A DNA stretch of 64,000 nucleotides from Pedobacter sp. (GCF_965279535.1 NZ_OZ257244.1:4874713-4938712); one strand, 5' to 3'. Positions 9,833 through 20,593 are shown, numbered from the stretch's first letter. Program-made: numbers and translations. The notes: generated by a model from the letters alone, not told the origin.

Positions 9833-12800
9833 ATGAACCTTAACTTAATTCATGTACAGCGGTGTGCCCTGTACAAAAAGATTAGACTATTAACCAGGCT
9901 CACCATCATTTTAATCCTGATGGGCCTCTTACAGGTGAGTGCGGTTTCTATGGCCCAAAGTATTTCACTTTCCCGGAAAAATGCGCCCCTGGAAAAGGTA
10001 CTTAACGACATTAAGAAACAAAGCGGGTACGATATTATTTATATCCGACAGGTGATTAACAAATCGAGGCCAGTTAACATCCAGGTAGAGAATAAAACCT
10101 TAGAAGAAACCTTAAAAATAATATTTGCCGACCAACCCCTCGACTTTAAAATTTACAATCGGACAATTGTTATTAGCGAACGTACCAGTCAGCCTTCAAC
10201 CTTTTCCACACCGGTTTTGAATAAGAACATAGATGTGAAAGGGAAAGTTGTAGATGAGACCGGGCAACCCATGCCGGGCGTTAGTATAAAGGTTAAGGGC
10301 GGATCAAATGGTGCAGTGACAGATCCTAACGGCCTTTTTACCTTGAAAAACATAGATGAAGATGCTATTTTGATAGTATCGTATGTTGGATATGATACAC
10401 AGGAACTTAAAGCGACAGCTTCATTAACGGTGAGCCTAAAGCCTGCTTCCAGTAGCTTAAGTGATGTGGTTGTAGTAGGTTATGGTACACAAAAGAAGGT
10501 GAATTTAAGTGGAGCAGTATCAACTGTTTCCGGAGCAGAACTTACTAAACGTGTTGCTACCAACCCATCACAACTCTTGCAAGGCCAGTTGGCAGGTGTA
10601 AATGTAACTCAGGGGTCAGGAGAAGCCGGTAATGAGAATACGAACATCACCATTCGGGGCCTAGGTACGTATAGTGGGGCAGGAAGTCAGCCATTATATA
10701 TTATTGATGGTATTCCGGGTAATTTTAGCAACTTAAATCCAGAAAGTATTGAAAATGTAACCGTGTTAAAAGATGCTGCATCTGCTGCGATATACGGTTC
10801 GAGGGGTGCCAATGGAGTTATTTTAGTTACCACTAAGCAAGGTAAAGCTGGAAAAACGCAAATCAGCTATAGTTATAATATAGGTGTTACCAATGCAACC
10901 CGGTTACCCGAGTTGATCTGGGATTCGCCTACCTATATGAGGTTATTTAATCAGGCGGCAAACAATTCAGGTTTAGCAGCTGCAAGCAGATTTACATCGC
11001 AACAGATAGATGCTTACACGAATCCTGCAAATCCAAATCAATATCCGAGTTTTAATTGGCTCGATGCTGTTTTTCAATCTGCTAATGTACACACCCACAA
11101 TTTAAGTGTAACAGGTGGGTCAGAGAAAACAACATATAATGTAGGCTTAGGTTTTGTAGATCAACCCGATGTAATGGCTGGTTTCAGTTTTAAAAAAACA
11201 AACTTACAATTCAACATCAATAGTACCATTTCTGATCACATTAAGATGGGTACAAACCTGACCATCAATTATGGAAGAAGAATTTTTCCAAGAAATGGGA
11301 GTGAAGATCAATTCTTATCTACTTTGGCGCAATCGCCACTTTATGCCCCTACTCTAGCCGATGGCAGTGGCCGATATACTGCTGTAGCTTATCCCTTTAT
11401 GGAATCCAACAAAAACCCTATTGCTGTAGCGGAAACAGCATTGGCCTCTACAGACAACTATGCCGTTCAGGGAAATTTATTTGTGGATGTCAAATTGCTG
11501 GAAGGTTTACAATGGAGAACTACTTTAGGAACGAACTTTAACTTTTCTAAAAACTATGAATACAAACCGGTTGTAAATCAATACTATTATCAAAGCGGTT
11601 TGTTTGCCCGTACTTTAGATGTTGCCGGCCAGGGTTTGACGGTAACCGATAATAACGATATTTACCCCTTAGGTATCAGTCAGCTAACTTATAATAAGAA
11701 AATCGGAGCGCATAATTTTTCTGCACTTGCCGGTGTTCAGAAAGAATATTTCAAGGAGCAAAATTTAAGTGCCTCCAGGGTATACTTTGCCAGTGATGGA
11801 ATTAGAGAAATTAATGCAGGTGGCGCCGGAAATTCTACCAATTCGGGTTATGCAAACGAGTGGAGCTTAAGTTCTTACTTCGGACGGGTAAATTACGATT
11901 ATAAAGGTAAGTATCTTTTTGAAGCCAGCGCCAGATACGATGGATCTTCTAGGTTTAAAGAATCAACAAGATGGGGTTTTTTCCCATCAGCCTCAGTGGC
12001 TTATCGCATTTCTCAGGAAAAATTCTTCGAAAACCTGTTGCCGGTAATCAACGATTTGAAATTTAGAGCTTCCTATGGTGTTTTGGGTAATCAAAATATA
12101 GCAGGCAACATTAATGCAAAATACTACCCTTATCAAACCGTGTACAACACAGGCTTTCCATATCCATTAGGAAGTTCATTAGTAGATGGGGTAAGGCAAA
12201 ACGCGCTGGCCGATGATTTAATTACCTGGGAAACGACAGCATCAACCAATTTTGGAATCGATATCGCCTTATTAAAAAACAAATTGAATTTAACCGTTGA
12301 TTACTACAACCGTAATACCAAAGATATTTTGGATGCAGCTGTATTACCCATTTATACAGGAACTACAGCACCTACAGTAAACTTCGGTAAGCTTGCCAAT
12401 AAAGGTTTAGACCTTTCTGTAAGTTATAAGAATAGGGTGGGCGATTTTGCCTATGGCATTCAGGGCATTTTTCAAACCAATAAAAATAAGGTAACAGAAT
12501 ATGGTGCAACCAGTATTTCAGCCAGAAACCTCCGTCAGGCGGGTTTACCTTATGACAGCTATTACTTATATGAATTTGAGAAAATTTTTCAATCTGCAGC
12601 AGAAGTATCCAGCTCAGCAGTTCAGTCGCCTGCAGGGCAGCCAGGTTTATTCAAGTTTAAAGACTTAAACGGTGATAATAAGATCGATGCCAATGACAGA
12701 CGCGTTTTTGATGGCATCTTTCCAAAATTTGATTACTCTTTTAAAATGGACTTCGAGTATAAGAATTTCGACCTGAGTATATTTTTATACGGTTCTGAAG

Positions 12801-13216
12801 GTAGAAAGGTATATGTAAATCAATGGGGAATAGAGCCATTCAGGCAAGGATCTCCTCCTCCGGTAGAATGGGTAGATGCCTGGACAGCTGAAAAACCGAG
12901 TACAACTCTACCACTTATTTACATTGCCAATTCCGGGCCTATTGCTCAGAACCTGGGAGCAGCTTCATCCTACTATCTTAAAGACGCTTCCTTTTTGAGG
13001 ATTAAGAATATTCAGTTGGGTTATAATTTTCCAACAAGCTTAACCAGGAAGTTTTTTGTAAATGCCTTGAGGGTTTATTTTGCCGGAGATAACTTATTCC
13101 TGTTTTCAAAATTTCCAGGTTTAGATCCTGAACGGGCAGTAAATGCAACCAGTGACAGATATGTCACCCATCCGCAAAACAAAGTGTTCAATTTTGGACT
13201 AAGAGTTACACTATAA
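9833..13216 (+). CDS. SusC/RagA TonB-dependent transducer with N-terminal STN signalling domain
   Basis: N-terminal extension [34 protein letters not shown], plug motif KDAASAAIYGSRGANGVILVTTK, C-terminal FGLRVTL. Confidence 0.95.
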   Translation: MNLNLIHVQRCALYKKIRLLTRLTIILILMGLLQVSAVSMAQSISLSRKNAPLEKVLNDIKKQSGYDIIYIRQVINKSRPVNIQVENKTLEETLKIIFADQPLDFKIYNRTIVISERTSQPSTFSTPVLNKNIDVKGKVVDETGQPMPGVSIKVKGGSNGAVTDPNGLFTLKNIDEDAILIVSYVGYDTQELKATASLTVSLKPASSSLSDVVVVGYGTQKKVNLSGAVSTVSGAELTKRVATNPSQLLQGQLAGVNVTQGSGEAGNENTNITIRGLGTYSGAGSQPLYIIDGIPGNFSNLNPESIENVTVLKDAASAAIYGSRGANGVILVTTKQGKAGKTQISYSYNIGVTNATRLPELIWDSPTYMRLFNQAANNSGLAAASRFTSQQIDAYTNPANPNQYPSFNWLDAVFQSANVHTHNLSVTGGSEKTTYNVGLGFVDQPDVMAGFSFKKTNLQFNINSTISDHIKMGTNLTINYGRRIFPRNGSEDQFLSTLAQSPLYAPTLADGSGRYTAVAYPFMESNKNPIAVAETALASTDNYAVQGNLFVDVKLLEGLQWRTTLGTNFNFSKNYEYKPVVNQYYYQSGLFARTLDVAGQGLTVTDNNDIYPLGISQLTYNKKIGAHNFSALAGVQKEYFKEQNLSASRVYFASDGIREINAGGAGNSTNSGYANEWSLSSYFGRVNYDYKGKYLFEASARYDGSSRFKESTRWGFFPSASVAYRISQEKFFENLLPVINDLKFRASYGVLGNQNIAGNINAKYYPYQTVYNTGFPYPLGSSLVDGVRQNALADDLITWETTASTNFGIDIALLKNKLNLTVDYYNRNTKDILDAAVLPIYTGTTAPTVNFGKLANKGLDLSVSYKNRVGDFAYGIQGIFQTNKNKVTEYGATSISARNLRQAGLPYDSYYLYEFEKIFQSAAEVSSSAVQSPAGQPGLFKFKDLNGDNKIDANDRRVFDGIFPKFDYSFKMDFEYKNFDLSIFLYGSEGRKVYVNQWGIEPFRQGSPPPVEWVDAWTAEKPSTTLPLIYIANSGPIAQNLGAASSYYLKDASFLRIKNIQLGYNFPTSLTRKFFVNALRVYFAGDNLFLFSKFPGLDPERAVNATSDRYVTHPQNKVFNFGLRVTL

Positions 13217-13228
13217 AAGACATTAGAA

Positions 13229-14773
13229 ATGAAAAAGATTAATTTATATACCGGCCTGTTGATGGCAATCTTATTTTCTGCATGCCAAAAGGAATTCTTA
13301 AATAGGGTTCCACTTACCCAGCCAACGGAGGAGAATTTTTGGCAAAATAAAACAGATGCTGAATTTGCATTAGCAGGCTGTTACAACTTTTTGAGTAGAG
13401 GAGCCAATGCGGTTTCTACCACGGCTACAGCGCCAGGCTGGGGAGGTGGATACATGCTTTGGGAAACTTTGAGTGATAATGCTTATACGACTTCCGGAAC
13501 AGGAAATTTCGCAATTGCTTCATTCGGAAGTTTCGATCCCTTAACCACAGGGATAATCCTGGATGCATACACAGTGGGATATCAGGCCATAGCCTCCTGC
13601 AATATCTACCTGGCCAATATTGGTCGTGTGCCAGGTTTAACCATCCAGGAACGCAACCGTTATATTGCCGATGTACGTTTTTTACGTGCTTATCAATATT
13701 TTATGCTATCTGAATTATATGGTGGCCTTCCTTTAATAACCAAACCGCTTGGTAACAATGATGAAAGCAAGAGGATAAGTCGAGTCAGCAAAACCATTAT
13801 AGTTGATACAATTTTAGCAGATTTAGAATATGCAATTAACAACCTGCCAAATACAGCTTACAGCGGACGGGTAACAAGAGGTACGGCTTTAGCTTATAAA
13901 GCGAAAGTGCTGATGAGTAATGGCAAATTTACTGAGGCGGCCGTAGCTGCAAAGACGGTGATAGATGAAAAGATGTTTAGCTTAAATGCAAGTTATAATT
14001 CACTGTTTTTGAAACCAGGACAAAATAATAATGCCGAAATCATGTTTTCAGCACGCTATCTTCCTCCTGCATTTTATAGCCCACAAGACTGGCTTTTATC
14101 CTATGTTAACTTCGTTCAACCTTTAAAATACCTGGTAAACGATTATGAGTGTACAGATGGATTACCTATTTCTTCGTCTCCCTTATATAATGCTGCAAAA
14201 CCATATGAGAACAGGGACATAAGATTAGCAAGTACGGTAATTGTACCTGGAAATTTAAGAGGAGTAAGCCCTGGAACTGAGTTTGATCCTGCAAGAGATA
14301 ATGTTCCAAGTGGTTTTCTGCCCAGAAAAGGTGTAGATCCAAACAGATTTCCTACTACCTACGCAACAATTAGCGATCAGGATTGGGTTTTGATGCGATA
14401 TGCCGAAGTTTTACTTACCTATGCGGAGTGCCAGAACGAGGTTTCAGGACCGGATGCAAATGTGTATGATGCAGTAAATAAAATTAGAAAAAGAGTTAAT
14501 ATGCCTGATTTACCAGTTGGCTTAACACAAACGGCGATGCGGGAAAAGATAAGACATGAAAGAAGGGTGGAGCTTGCGCTGGAAGGCCAGCGGTACTTTG
14601 ATTTGAAAAGATGGGGTAATATTAAAAGTGTGATTACTGCAGTGATAGATCCTAATAATAAAGCCAGAACATTTCCAGACAGAAACCTGCTTTGGCCAAT
14701 ACCACAATCAGAAATTGATAAGGCAAAAGCTTTGGGCAATACTGGTTTAACTCAAAATCCAGGATATTTTTAA
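13229..14773 (+). CDS. RagB/SusD family lipoprotein
   Basis: Lipobox LFSAC, RFLRAYQYF, MRYAEVLLTYAE, ERRVELALEGQRYFDLKRWG, terminal QNPGY. Confidence 0.95.
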   Translation: MKKINLYTGLLMAILFSACQKEFLNRVPLTQPTEENFWQNKTDAEFALAGCYNFLSRGANAVSTTATAPGWGGGYMLWETLSDNAYTTSGTGNFAIASFGSFDPLTTGIILDAYTVGYQAIASCNIYLANIGRVPGLTIQERNRYIADVRFLRAYQYFMLSELYGGLPLITKPLGNNDESKRISRVSKTIIVDTILADLEYAINNLPNTAYSGRVTRGTALAYKAKVLMSNGKFTEAAVAAKTVIDEKMFSLNASYNSLFLKPGQNNNAEIMFSARYLPPAFYSPQDWLLSYVNFVQPLKYLVNDYECTDGLPISSSPLYNAAKPYENRDIRLASTVIVPGNLRGVSPGTEFDPARDNVPSGFLPRKGVDPNRFPTTYATISDQDWVLMRYAEVLLTYAECQNEVSGPDANVYDAVNKIRKRVNMPDLPVGLTQTAMREKIRHERRVELALEGQRYFDLKRWGNIKSVITAVIDPNNKARTFPDRNLLWPIPQSEIDKAKALGNTGLTQNPGYF

Positions 14774-14819
14774 TTGTAATTATTTATAGCATAGTTTGTA
14801 TAGTTTAATTGGAACAACA

Positions 14820-17363
14820 ATGAGATACACTTTTTTACTGACTTTGATGCTCGCAGCTTTTTGCAGACAGGGCTTTGCCCAGCAGGGCGAGCAACAACTA
14901 TGGTATAATGAACCTGCCGTTACCTGGGAGGAAGCTTTACCCCTAGGAAACGGCAAAACCGGAGCAATGGTTTTTGGCCGGGTAAACCGCGAAAGGATTC
15001 AATTAAATGATAATACACTTTGGTCAGGCTATCCCGATGCCGGAAATAATCCAAACGGACCTACAGTATTGCCACAGGTTAGGGCGGCTATATTTCAGGG
15101 AGATTACGAGAAAGCCACTCAGCTATGGCGGAAAATGCAGGGACCTTATAGTGCAACCTATCTTCCATTGGGAGATATTTTTATACAGTTTCATCAAAAA
15201 GATAGTGTATGTACCAATTACAAGAGGCTTTTAAGTCTCGATCAGGCCATTTCTAAAACCAGTTATACCCTAAAAGGAATAAATTATGAACGGGAGGTAT
15301 TAACCAGTTACCCGGATAAGGCTTTATTGGTGCGGATTAAGGCCAGCAAAGCGGGAGCACTTAACCTGAATATTGGCTTACTGAGCAAACTCAAATTTAC
15401 TGTACAGGTTGAATCTGGAAATACAATCGTTTTGAGTGGTAAGGCTCCAAAATATATCGCTAACCGAAAGTATGAGCCTCAGCAAGTGATATATGACGAA
15501 AAAGAGGGCATGACCTTTCAAATTCGTTTAAAAGTTAAAAATGAAGGTGGTACGGTTTCAGTGGATAACAATCAGTTAAAAGTTTTAAATGCAAAGGCCC
15601 TGTCTATTTACCTTACCGAAGCAACCAGCTTTAATGGATTTGATAAATCGCCTGTAACACAAGGAAAGGATCCTGCTATAGAAACCAGGAAGAGTATGGA
15701 TAATGTCTTTGTCAAAAGCTTCGAAAAAATAAAGCTGGCTCATATAGCAGATCATCAGGAATTGTTTAACAGGGTTAAATTTCAGCTGATCCAAAACCCG
15801 CTTGCCGAACAAAAACCCACCAACCTGAGGTTATTAAATTATACAAAGGAAAAAAATGATCAGGGTTTACAGGTTTTGTATTATCAATTCGGTCGATATC
15901 TGATGATTGCATCCTCAAGGCCAGGTTCGCGTCCATCTAATTTGCAGGGCATATGGAATGACCTTGTACAACCACCATGGCACAGTAATTATACCACCAA
16001 CATCAATACGGAAATGAATTACTGGCCTGCAGAAAACACCAACCTCTCCGAATGCCATCAACCCTTGTTCGATTTTATCAAAGAATTAGCAGTAAACGGG
16101 GCAATTACTGCCAAGGTAAATTATAACATTGATAAAGGCTGGGTAGCGCACCACAATTCCGATCTATGGGCAAAAACATCACCTCCCGGTGCATACGATA
16201 AAGATCACATGTCTAACCCGCGCTGGTCTGCCTGGCCAATGAGTGCCTCCTGGTTCAGTACCCATCTTTTCGAACACTATTTGTATACAGGAGATCAGGC
16301 TTTTTTAAAAAATACAGCTTACCCCTTAATGAAGGGAGCGGCAGAATTTATGTTACATTGGTTGATCAAGGATGATCAAACCAACTATTTAGTTACGGTT
16401 CCCTCAACATCTCCAGAGAATACAATGAAGATTGATGGTAAGGAGTATCAGCTGTCTAAGGCTTCTACAATGGATATGTCTATCTTAAGGGCATTGTTTT
16501 CTGATTTAATTTCGGCCTCGGAAATTTTGGATATTGATAAAGATTTTCGCAAGGAACTTATGGAAGCTAGATCCAGGCTTTATCCTTTTCATATTGGGCA
16601 ATACGGGCAGTTGCAGGAGTGGTTTAAAGATTACGACGATCCGAAAGATACACACAGGCATATTTCTCATTTATTCAGCCTTTTTCCAGGGAATCAAATT
16701 TCCGTATTCAATACTCCAGAACTGGCAAGCGCTGCTAAGCAATCGCTAATTTTCCGTGGTGATGTAAGTACAGGATGGTCTATGGCCTGGAAAATTAACT
16801 GGTGGGCGCGCTTACAGGATGGTAATCATGCTTACAAAATACTGGAAGATGCTTTCACTTTTATTAATTCGAAGGAAGAAAATATTAAGGCCGGAGGAAC
16901 CTATCCAAATCTTTTTGACGCGCACCCACCATTTCAAATTGATGGAAACTTTGGCGCAACAGCAGGAATGACAGAAATGCTGCTGCAGAGCCAGGATGGG
17001 ATGGTTAGCTTATTACCTGCATTGCCCGCAGCATGGAAAACCGGACGCATTGCTGGAATCAAAGCCAGAGGAAATTTTGAGATCGGAATAGGCTGGGATA
17101 AAGGAAAGCTAACTGAGGCATCTGTAAAATCACTCATTGGAGGTAACTGTAAATTGAGAACCCTTCAAAAGGTAAGGGTAGTAGATTTAAGTGGGAAAAC
17201 TGTTGAAAATCTTGCTGTTAATCCATTACTAAAAAAGCCTTTTGTACCACCCTATCAAAATAATTCAAAAACCAGCTTAAAAGAAATAAACCATGAAACA
17301 GGGTTCATCATTGATTTCAAAGCGGAAAAGGGAAAAGTTTACCGCATAGTTCCGGAAAGTTAA
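14820..17363 (+). CDS. GH95 alpha-L-fucosidase/alpha-L-galactosidase family
   Basis: EALPLGNG, YQFGRYLMIASSR, YTTNINTEMNYW, HRHISHL and FQIDGNFG motifs. ATG 14820 (MRYTFLL signal peptide) is preferred. Confidence 0.92.
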   Translation: MRYTFLLTLMLAAFCRQGFAQQGEQQLWYNEPAVTWEEALPLGNGKTGAMVFGRVNRERIQLNDNTLWSGYPDAGNNPNGPTVLPQVRAAIFQGDYEKATQLWRKMQGPYSATYLPLGDIFIQFHQKDSVCTNYKRLLSLDQAISKTSYTLKGINYEREVLTSYPDKALLVRIKASKAGALNLNIGLLSKLKFTVQVESGNTIVLSGKAPKYIANRKYEPQQVIYDEKEGMTFQIRLKVKNEGGTVSVDNNQLKVLNAKALSIYLTEATSFNGFDKSPVTQGKDPAIETRKSMDNVFVKSFEKIKLAHIADHQELFNRVKFQLIQNPLAEQKPTNLRLLNYTKEKNDQGLQVLYYQFGRYLMIASSRPGSRPSNLQGIWNDLVQPPWHSNYTTNINTEMNYWPAENTNLSECHQPLFDFIKELAVNGAITAKVNYNIDKGWVAHHNSDLWAKTSPPGAYDKDHMSNPRWSAWPMSASWFSTHLFEHYLYTGDQAFLKNTAYPLMKGAAEFMLHWLIKDDQTNYLVTVPSTSPENTMKIDGKEYQLSKASTMDMSILRALFSDLISASEILDIDKDFRKELMEARSRLYPFHIGQYGQLQEWFKDYDDPKDTHRHISHLFSLFPGNQISVFNTPELASAAKQSLIFRGDVSTGWSMAWKINWWARLQDGNHAYKILEDAFTFINSKEENIKAGGTYPNLFDAHPPFQIDGNFGATAGMTEMLLQSQDGMVSLLPALPAAWKTGRIAGIKARGNFEIGIGWDKGKLTEASVKSLIGGNCKLRTLQKVRVVDLSGKTVENLAVNPLLKKPFVPPYQNNSKTSLKEINHETGFIIDFKAEKGKVYRIVPES

Positions 17364-17416
17364 TAGAGAATGATATTGCTTTAAGTGAAATTTAAATAAT
17401 ATTTAGTTTTGGTTTG

Positions 17417-17455
17417 AGCCGGAGTATTGCATTAAGCTTTACACCGGTTTTTTTT
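17417..17455 (+). terminator. Probable intrinsic terminator after GH95
   Basis: AGCCGG...CCGGTT stem followed by a long T run. Confidence 0.6.
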
Positions 17456-17534
17456 ATATCTTCTATTTTTTTCTTAACTGAATTTTCAATACTTTCGCCG
17501 CCCCTCGTCCATTTTTTTAATTTTATCCTGCGCA

Positions 17535-18797
17535 ATGAAAAAGTTTTTATACGGTATTGACTTTGGTACAACCAATTCGGCTTTGGCCATTTATGATGAA
17601 GAAAAGCGTGAAATCCACAGTACCATTATTATACCATCGCTGATTTATTTTTATCATGAACTTCAAACCGGCGAAAAGAACTATGTAGTGGGGGAGGAAG
17701 CCATCGCGGCTTATCTGCAGGAAGGAATGAAGGGACGTTTCATTAAATCTATAAAGCAGATTCTATCTCGTACCAGTTTTTCTGAAACCCGGATACAAAA
17801 CAGGCGCTATAATGCTTCTGATCTGGTAGCCATTATTTTGAAGGAATTGAAGAGCAAAGCCGATAAGATTATCGGACAGGATTGTCAGAAGGCGGTTATT
17901 GGTAGGCCAGTTTTTTTTGATGATGACAATGTGCAGAAAGATACACTTGCCCAGAACAGGTTAAGTAAGGCCGCAGAATTAGCAGGTTTTACTGATGTTC
18001 GTTTTCAATTTGAACCTATTGGTGCTGCATTTGCTTATGAGCAAACCCTAAGCAAAAAGGAAAATGTTTTGGTTGCCGATTTGGGTGGTGGTACCACCGA
18101 TTTTACTTATCTGGTACTGGATCCTGCCAAAGTTGGAAGTAAGGACCGGAAAGGCGACATGATTGCAACAGGGGGTATCTACATTGGTGGAGACAGTTTT
18201 GATTCTGCTTTTATGTGGGAAAGGGGAACACCGTATTTTGGGAAATATACCCAATACGAAGCTACCCGGGGTAAGGTTTTAACCGTGCCTAAATCACTTT
18301 TTGCCAATATTTGCTCCTGGGAGCAGATGAATTTCTTTAACGGGCAGCGCATCAGAAAAGATATTGAGGATTATTATTATTTCTCGGGCAACGATCGGAA
18401 GTTCAAGAACCTGATCACGCTCATCGAAAATAACCTGGGGTATTCGGTTTTCCAATCCATTGAACAAACTAAAATTGCATTGTCAAGCCAGGATAGTACC
18501 TCATTTGCCTACAATCATTTAGGGATAGAGATTGATGAAACCATATCCTTAACAGATTATGAGCAATTAATCAAAAAAGATGTCGATCGGATTTCAGCTT
18601 ATCTCGAAACTTTTATGGAGCAATACCAGATTGACGTGAAAGATATAGATAGCCTCTTCTTAACGGGTGGTACTTCTATGGTAAGTAGTATTCAGAAATT
18701 ATTTAAAGAGAAGTTCCCGCACATCAGTCTTAACTCCGGAGATAATTTTAAAAGTGTTGCACAGGGTTTGGCGTACAGTGGTTACCTTTTTAATTGA
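17535..18797 (+). CDS. Hsp70-family protein, short YegD-like type
   Basis: YGIDFGTTNS, VIGRPVFF, FEPIGAA, ADLGGGTTDF and FLTGGTS motifs. At 420 aa it has no room for a DnaK substrate-binding domain. Confidence 0.88.
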   Translation: MKKFLYGIDFGTTNSALAIYDEEKREIHSTIIIPSLIYFYHELQTGEKNYVVGEEAIAAYLQEGMKGRFIKSIKQILSRTSFSETRIQNRRYNASDLVAIILKELKSKADKIIGQDCQKAVIGRPVFFDDDNVQKDTLAQNRLSKAAELAGFTDVRFQFEPIGAAFAYEQTLSKKENVLVADLGGGTTDFTYLVLDPAKVGSKDRKGDMIATGGIYIGGDSFDSAFMWERGTPYFGKYTQYEATRGKVLTVPKSLFANICSWEQMNFFNGQRIRKDIEDYYYFSGNDRKFKNLITLIENNLGYSVFQSIEQTKIALSSQDSTSFAYNHLGIEIDETISLTDYEQLIKKDVDRISAYLETFMEQYQIDVKDIDSLFLTGGTSMVSSIQKLFKEKFPHISLNSGDNFKSVAQGLAYSGYLFN

Positions 18798-18974
18798 TGG
18801 GTTAAAGGGGAGTGTAAAGTATAAAGTATCAAGAATAAGTATCAGGACAAAGACTGTTATATGTGTGCTCCTGATCATAGATGATATTGAAACTGACCCG
18901 CTTTAATCCACAAGATCTGGCTACAAAATGACATAAATTTGAAAGGCTATGTCTGAGATAACTAACCCATAATA

Positions 18975-19334
18975 CTATTGGGGTTTAAAATCCCTTGCAT
19001 CAGCCCATTTCACCATTTCATCCAGAATGGGTCTTAATTGTTCTCCTTCGGCACTTAAACTATAAGTTACGAAAGGAGGAATTACATTTTCAGCTTTTCG
19101 GATTACCAGTATGTCTTCCTGCATCTCTTTCAAATGCTGTATTAGCATTTTTTCTGTTACCGCCGGAATTAGCCTTTTTAATTCACTGTAGCGTTTTGGC
19201 CCACTTAACAAATGAAAAAGAATAATGGGTTTCCAATGTCCTCCAATTTTGCTCATTACAAAGCTAACAGGGCAGGTAGCTTTACTACTTCTTCTGTTGG
19301 CGTTGGATGTCGAATTTTCTTTTATGGCAGTCAT
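18975..19334 (-). CDS. HxlR-family winged-helix transcriptional regulator
   Basis: CPVSFVMSKIGGHWKPIILFHLLSGPKRYSELKRLIPAVTEKMLIQHLKEM. Start moved to ATG 19334 (MTAIKEN). Confidence 0.92.
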   Translation of the reverse strand: MTAIKENSTSNANRRSSKATCPVSFVMSKIGGHWKPIILFHLLSGPKRYSELKRLIPAVTEKMLIQHLKEMQEDILVIRKAENVIPPFVTYSLSAEGEQLRPILDEMVKWADARDFKPQ

Positions 19335-19412
19335 GATACATACTTTGGGGTAAGTACTTGTAAAAAAGTAAGTACAAATATAACTTTGACTATTCAAAAA
19401 AAGAAGATAATC

Positions 19413-20300
19413 ATGAAAATAATTTTAACAGGATCGCTGGGAAATATCAGCAAACCACTAACAACTAATCTTACTGTTCAGGGACATGATGTAACTGTGG
19501 TGAGTAGCAATCATGACAAAGCAGATCAGATAAAAGCACTTGGTGCAACACCTGCTATTGGCTCTGTAACTGATGAAGAATTCTTAACCGGAATTTTTAA
19601 ACAAGCAGATTTAGTATACCTGATGGTACCTAATGATTTTTCAACTAATGATATGAGAAATCATAGCAAGACCATTGGTCAGCACTATATTAATGCAGTG
19701 AAAAAAGCAGGGGTTAAGAAAGTGGTTTTGCTCAGTAGCATTGGTGCACATTTAGAAAAAGGAACAGGACCTATTGCCGGACTGCATGATGTTGAACAAA
19801 TTTTTAGAAGCGAAGATGGCTTAGATTTGCTGATTTTAAGGCCAGCTTATTTCTACAATAATTTTTATGCAAATATGGATATGATTAAACATGCCGGTAT
19901 TATTGGAAGCAATTATGGAGCAAATAAACCTTTGGTAATGGTTGACCCTCAGGATATTGCTGCGGTGGCTGCCAGGGAAATCCATTCAGGCTTTACCGGA
20001 ATAAGTACCCTTTACATCGCCAGTGATAAACGGACACTGGGAGAGGTTGCTACTCAAATTGGAATAACCATTGAGAAATCTGATTTGCCTTGGGTAGAAT
20101 TTACAGATGAGCAGTCTTTTGAAGGTATGGTAAGTGCCGGGCTTCCAGAAGAAATTGCAAAAAACTACGTGGAAATGGGAACTGCCATTAGAAGTGGTGT
20201 ACTTTGGGAGGATTTCGATACCAAAAACATTATACCAGAAGGCAAAATAAAATTGGAAGACTTTGCGCTTAAGTTTGCGCAGGCCTACAAAGCCAAATAA
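19413..20300 (+). CDS. NmrA-like NAD(P)H-binding protein (atypical SDR)
   Basis: MKIILTGSLGNIS Rossmann start, VVLLSSIGA, LRPAYFYNN. Divergent from the HxlR gene. The ORF-track start 19212 overlaps HxlR and was not used. Confidence 0.88.
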   Translation: MKIILTGSLGNISKPLTTNLTVQGHDVTVVSSNHDKADQIKALGATPAIGSVTDEEFLTGIFKQADLVYLMVPNDFSTNDMRNHSKTIGQHYINAVKKAGVKKVVLLSSIGAHLEKGTGPIAGLHDVEQIFRSEDGLDLLILRPAYFYNNFYANMDMIKHAGIIGSNYGANKPLVMVDPQDIAAVAAREIHSGFTGISTLYIASDKRTLGEVATQIGITIEKSDLPWVEFTDEQSFEGMVSAGLPEEIAKNYVEMGTAIRSGVLWEDFDTKNIIPEGKIKLEDFALKFAQAYKAK

Positions 20301-20323
20301 TATACCCAAATATTATAGCTAAG

Positions 20324-20360
20324 CTCTTGTTGATCATGACTGGTTGGCAAGAGTTTTTTT
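20324..20360 (+). terminator. Probable intrinsic terminator
   Basis: CTCTTG...CAAGAG stem with a G-U-rich extension, followed by a T run. Confidence 0.55.
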
Positions 20361-20503
20361 GCAAAAATTAATGATGACCAAACTAAATGATCATGTAAAT
20401 GTTTAATCTAGCAAGTATTCAGACTGAATTAAAGAATAATAATCATTTGAAATACCGAATAGTAAGAAAAAGCCGTTTTAATAAAAACAATTACATTAAA
20501 CAT

Positions 20504-20593
20504 ATGAGCCCAACCGTTTTCATCTGGACAGGACTTTTAATTGCCCTTGGTTTTTATATCCGATCATATTGGAAGTTGAATAGAAAAAAATAA
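20504..20593 (+). CDS. Possible small membrane peptide (29 aa)
   Basis: MSPTVFIWTGLLIALGFYIRSYWKLNRKK: one hydrophobic helix, basic tail, A-rich sequence upstream of the ATG. Confidence 0.3.
   Translation: MSPTVFIWTGLLIALGFYIRSYWKLNRKK

Noticed and set aside
18817-18875. AAGTAT short repeats and an ATCAGGA/TCCTGAT inverted pair after the Hsp70 gene
   Set aside because: Three irregular 6-mers and a 7-bp stem are too short to support a REP, CRISPR or terminator call.
19212-19412. N-terminal extension of the NmrA-like ORF in the track
   Set aside because: It overlaps the divergent HxlR gene. The Rossmann fold starts at ATG 19413.
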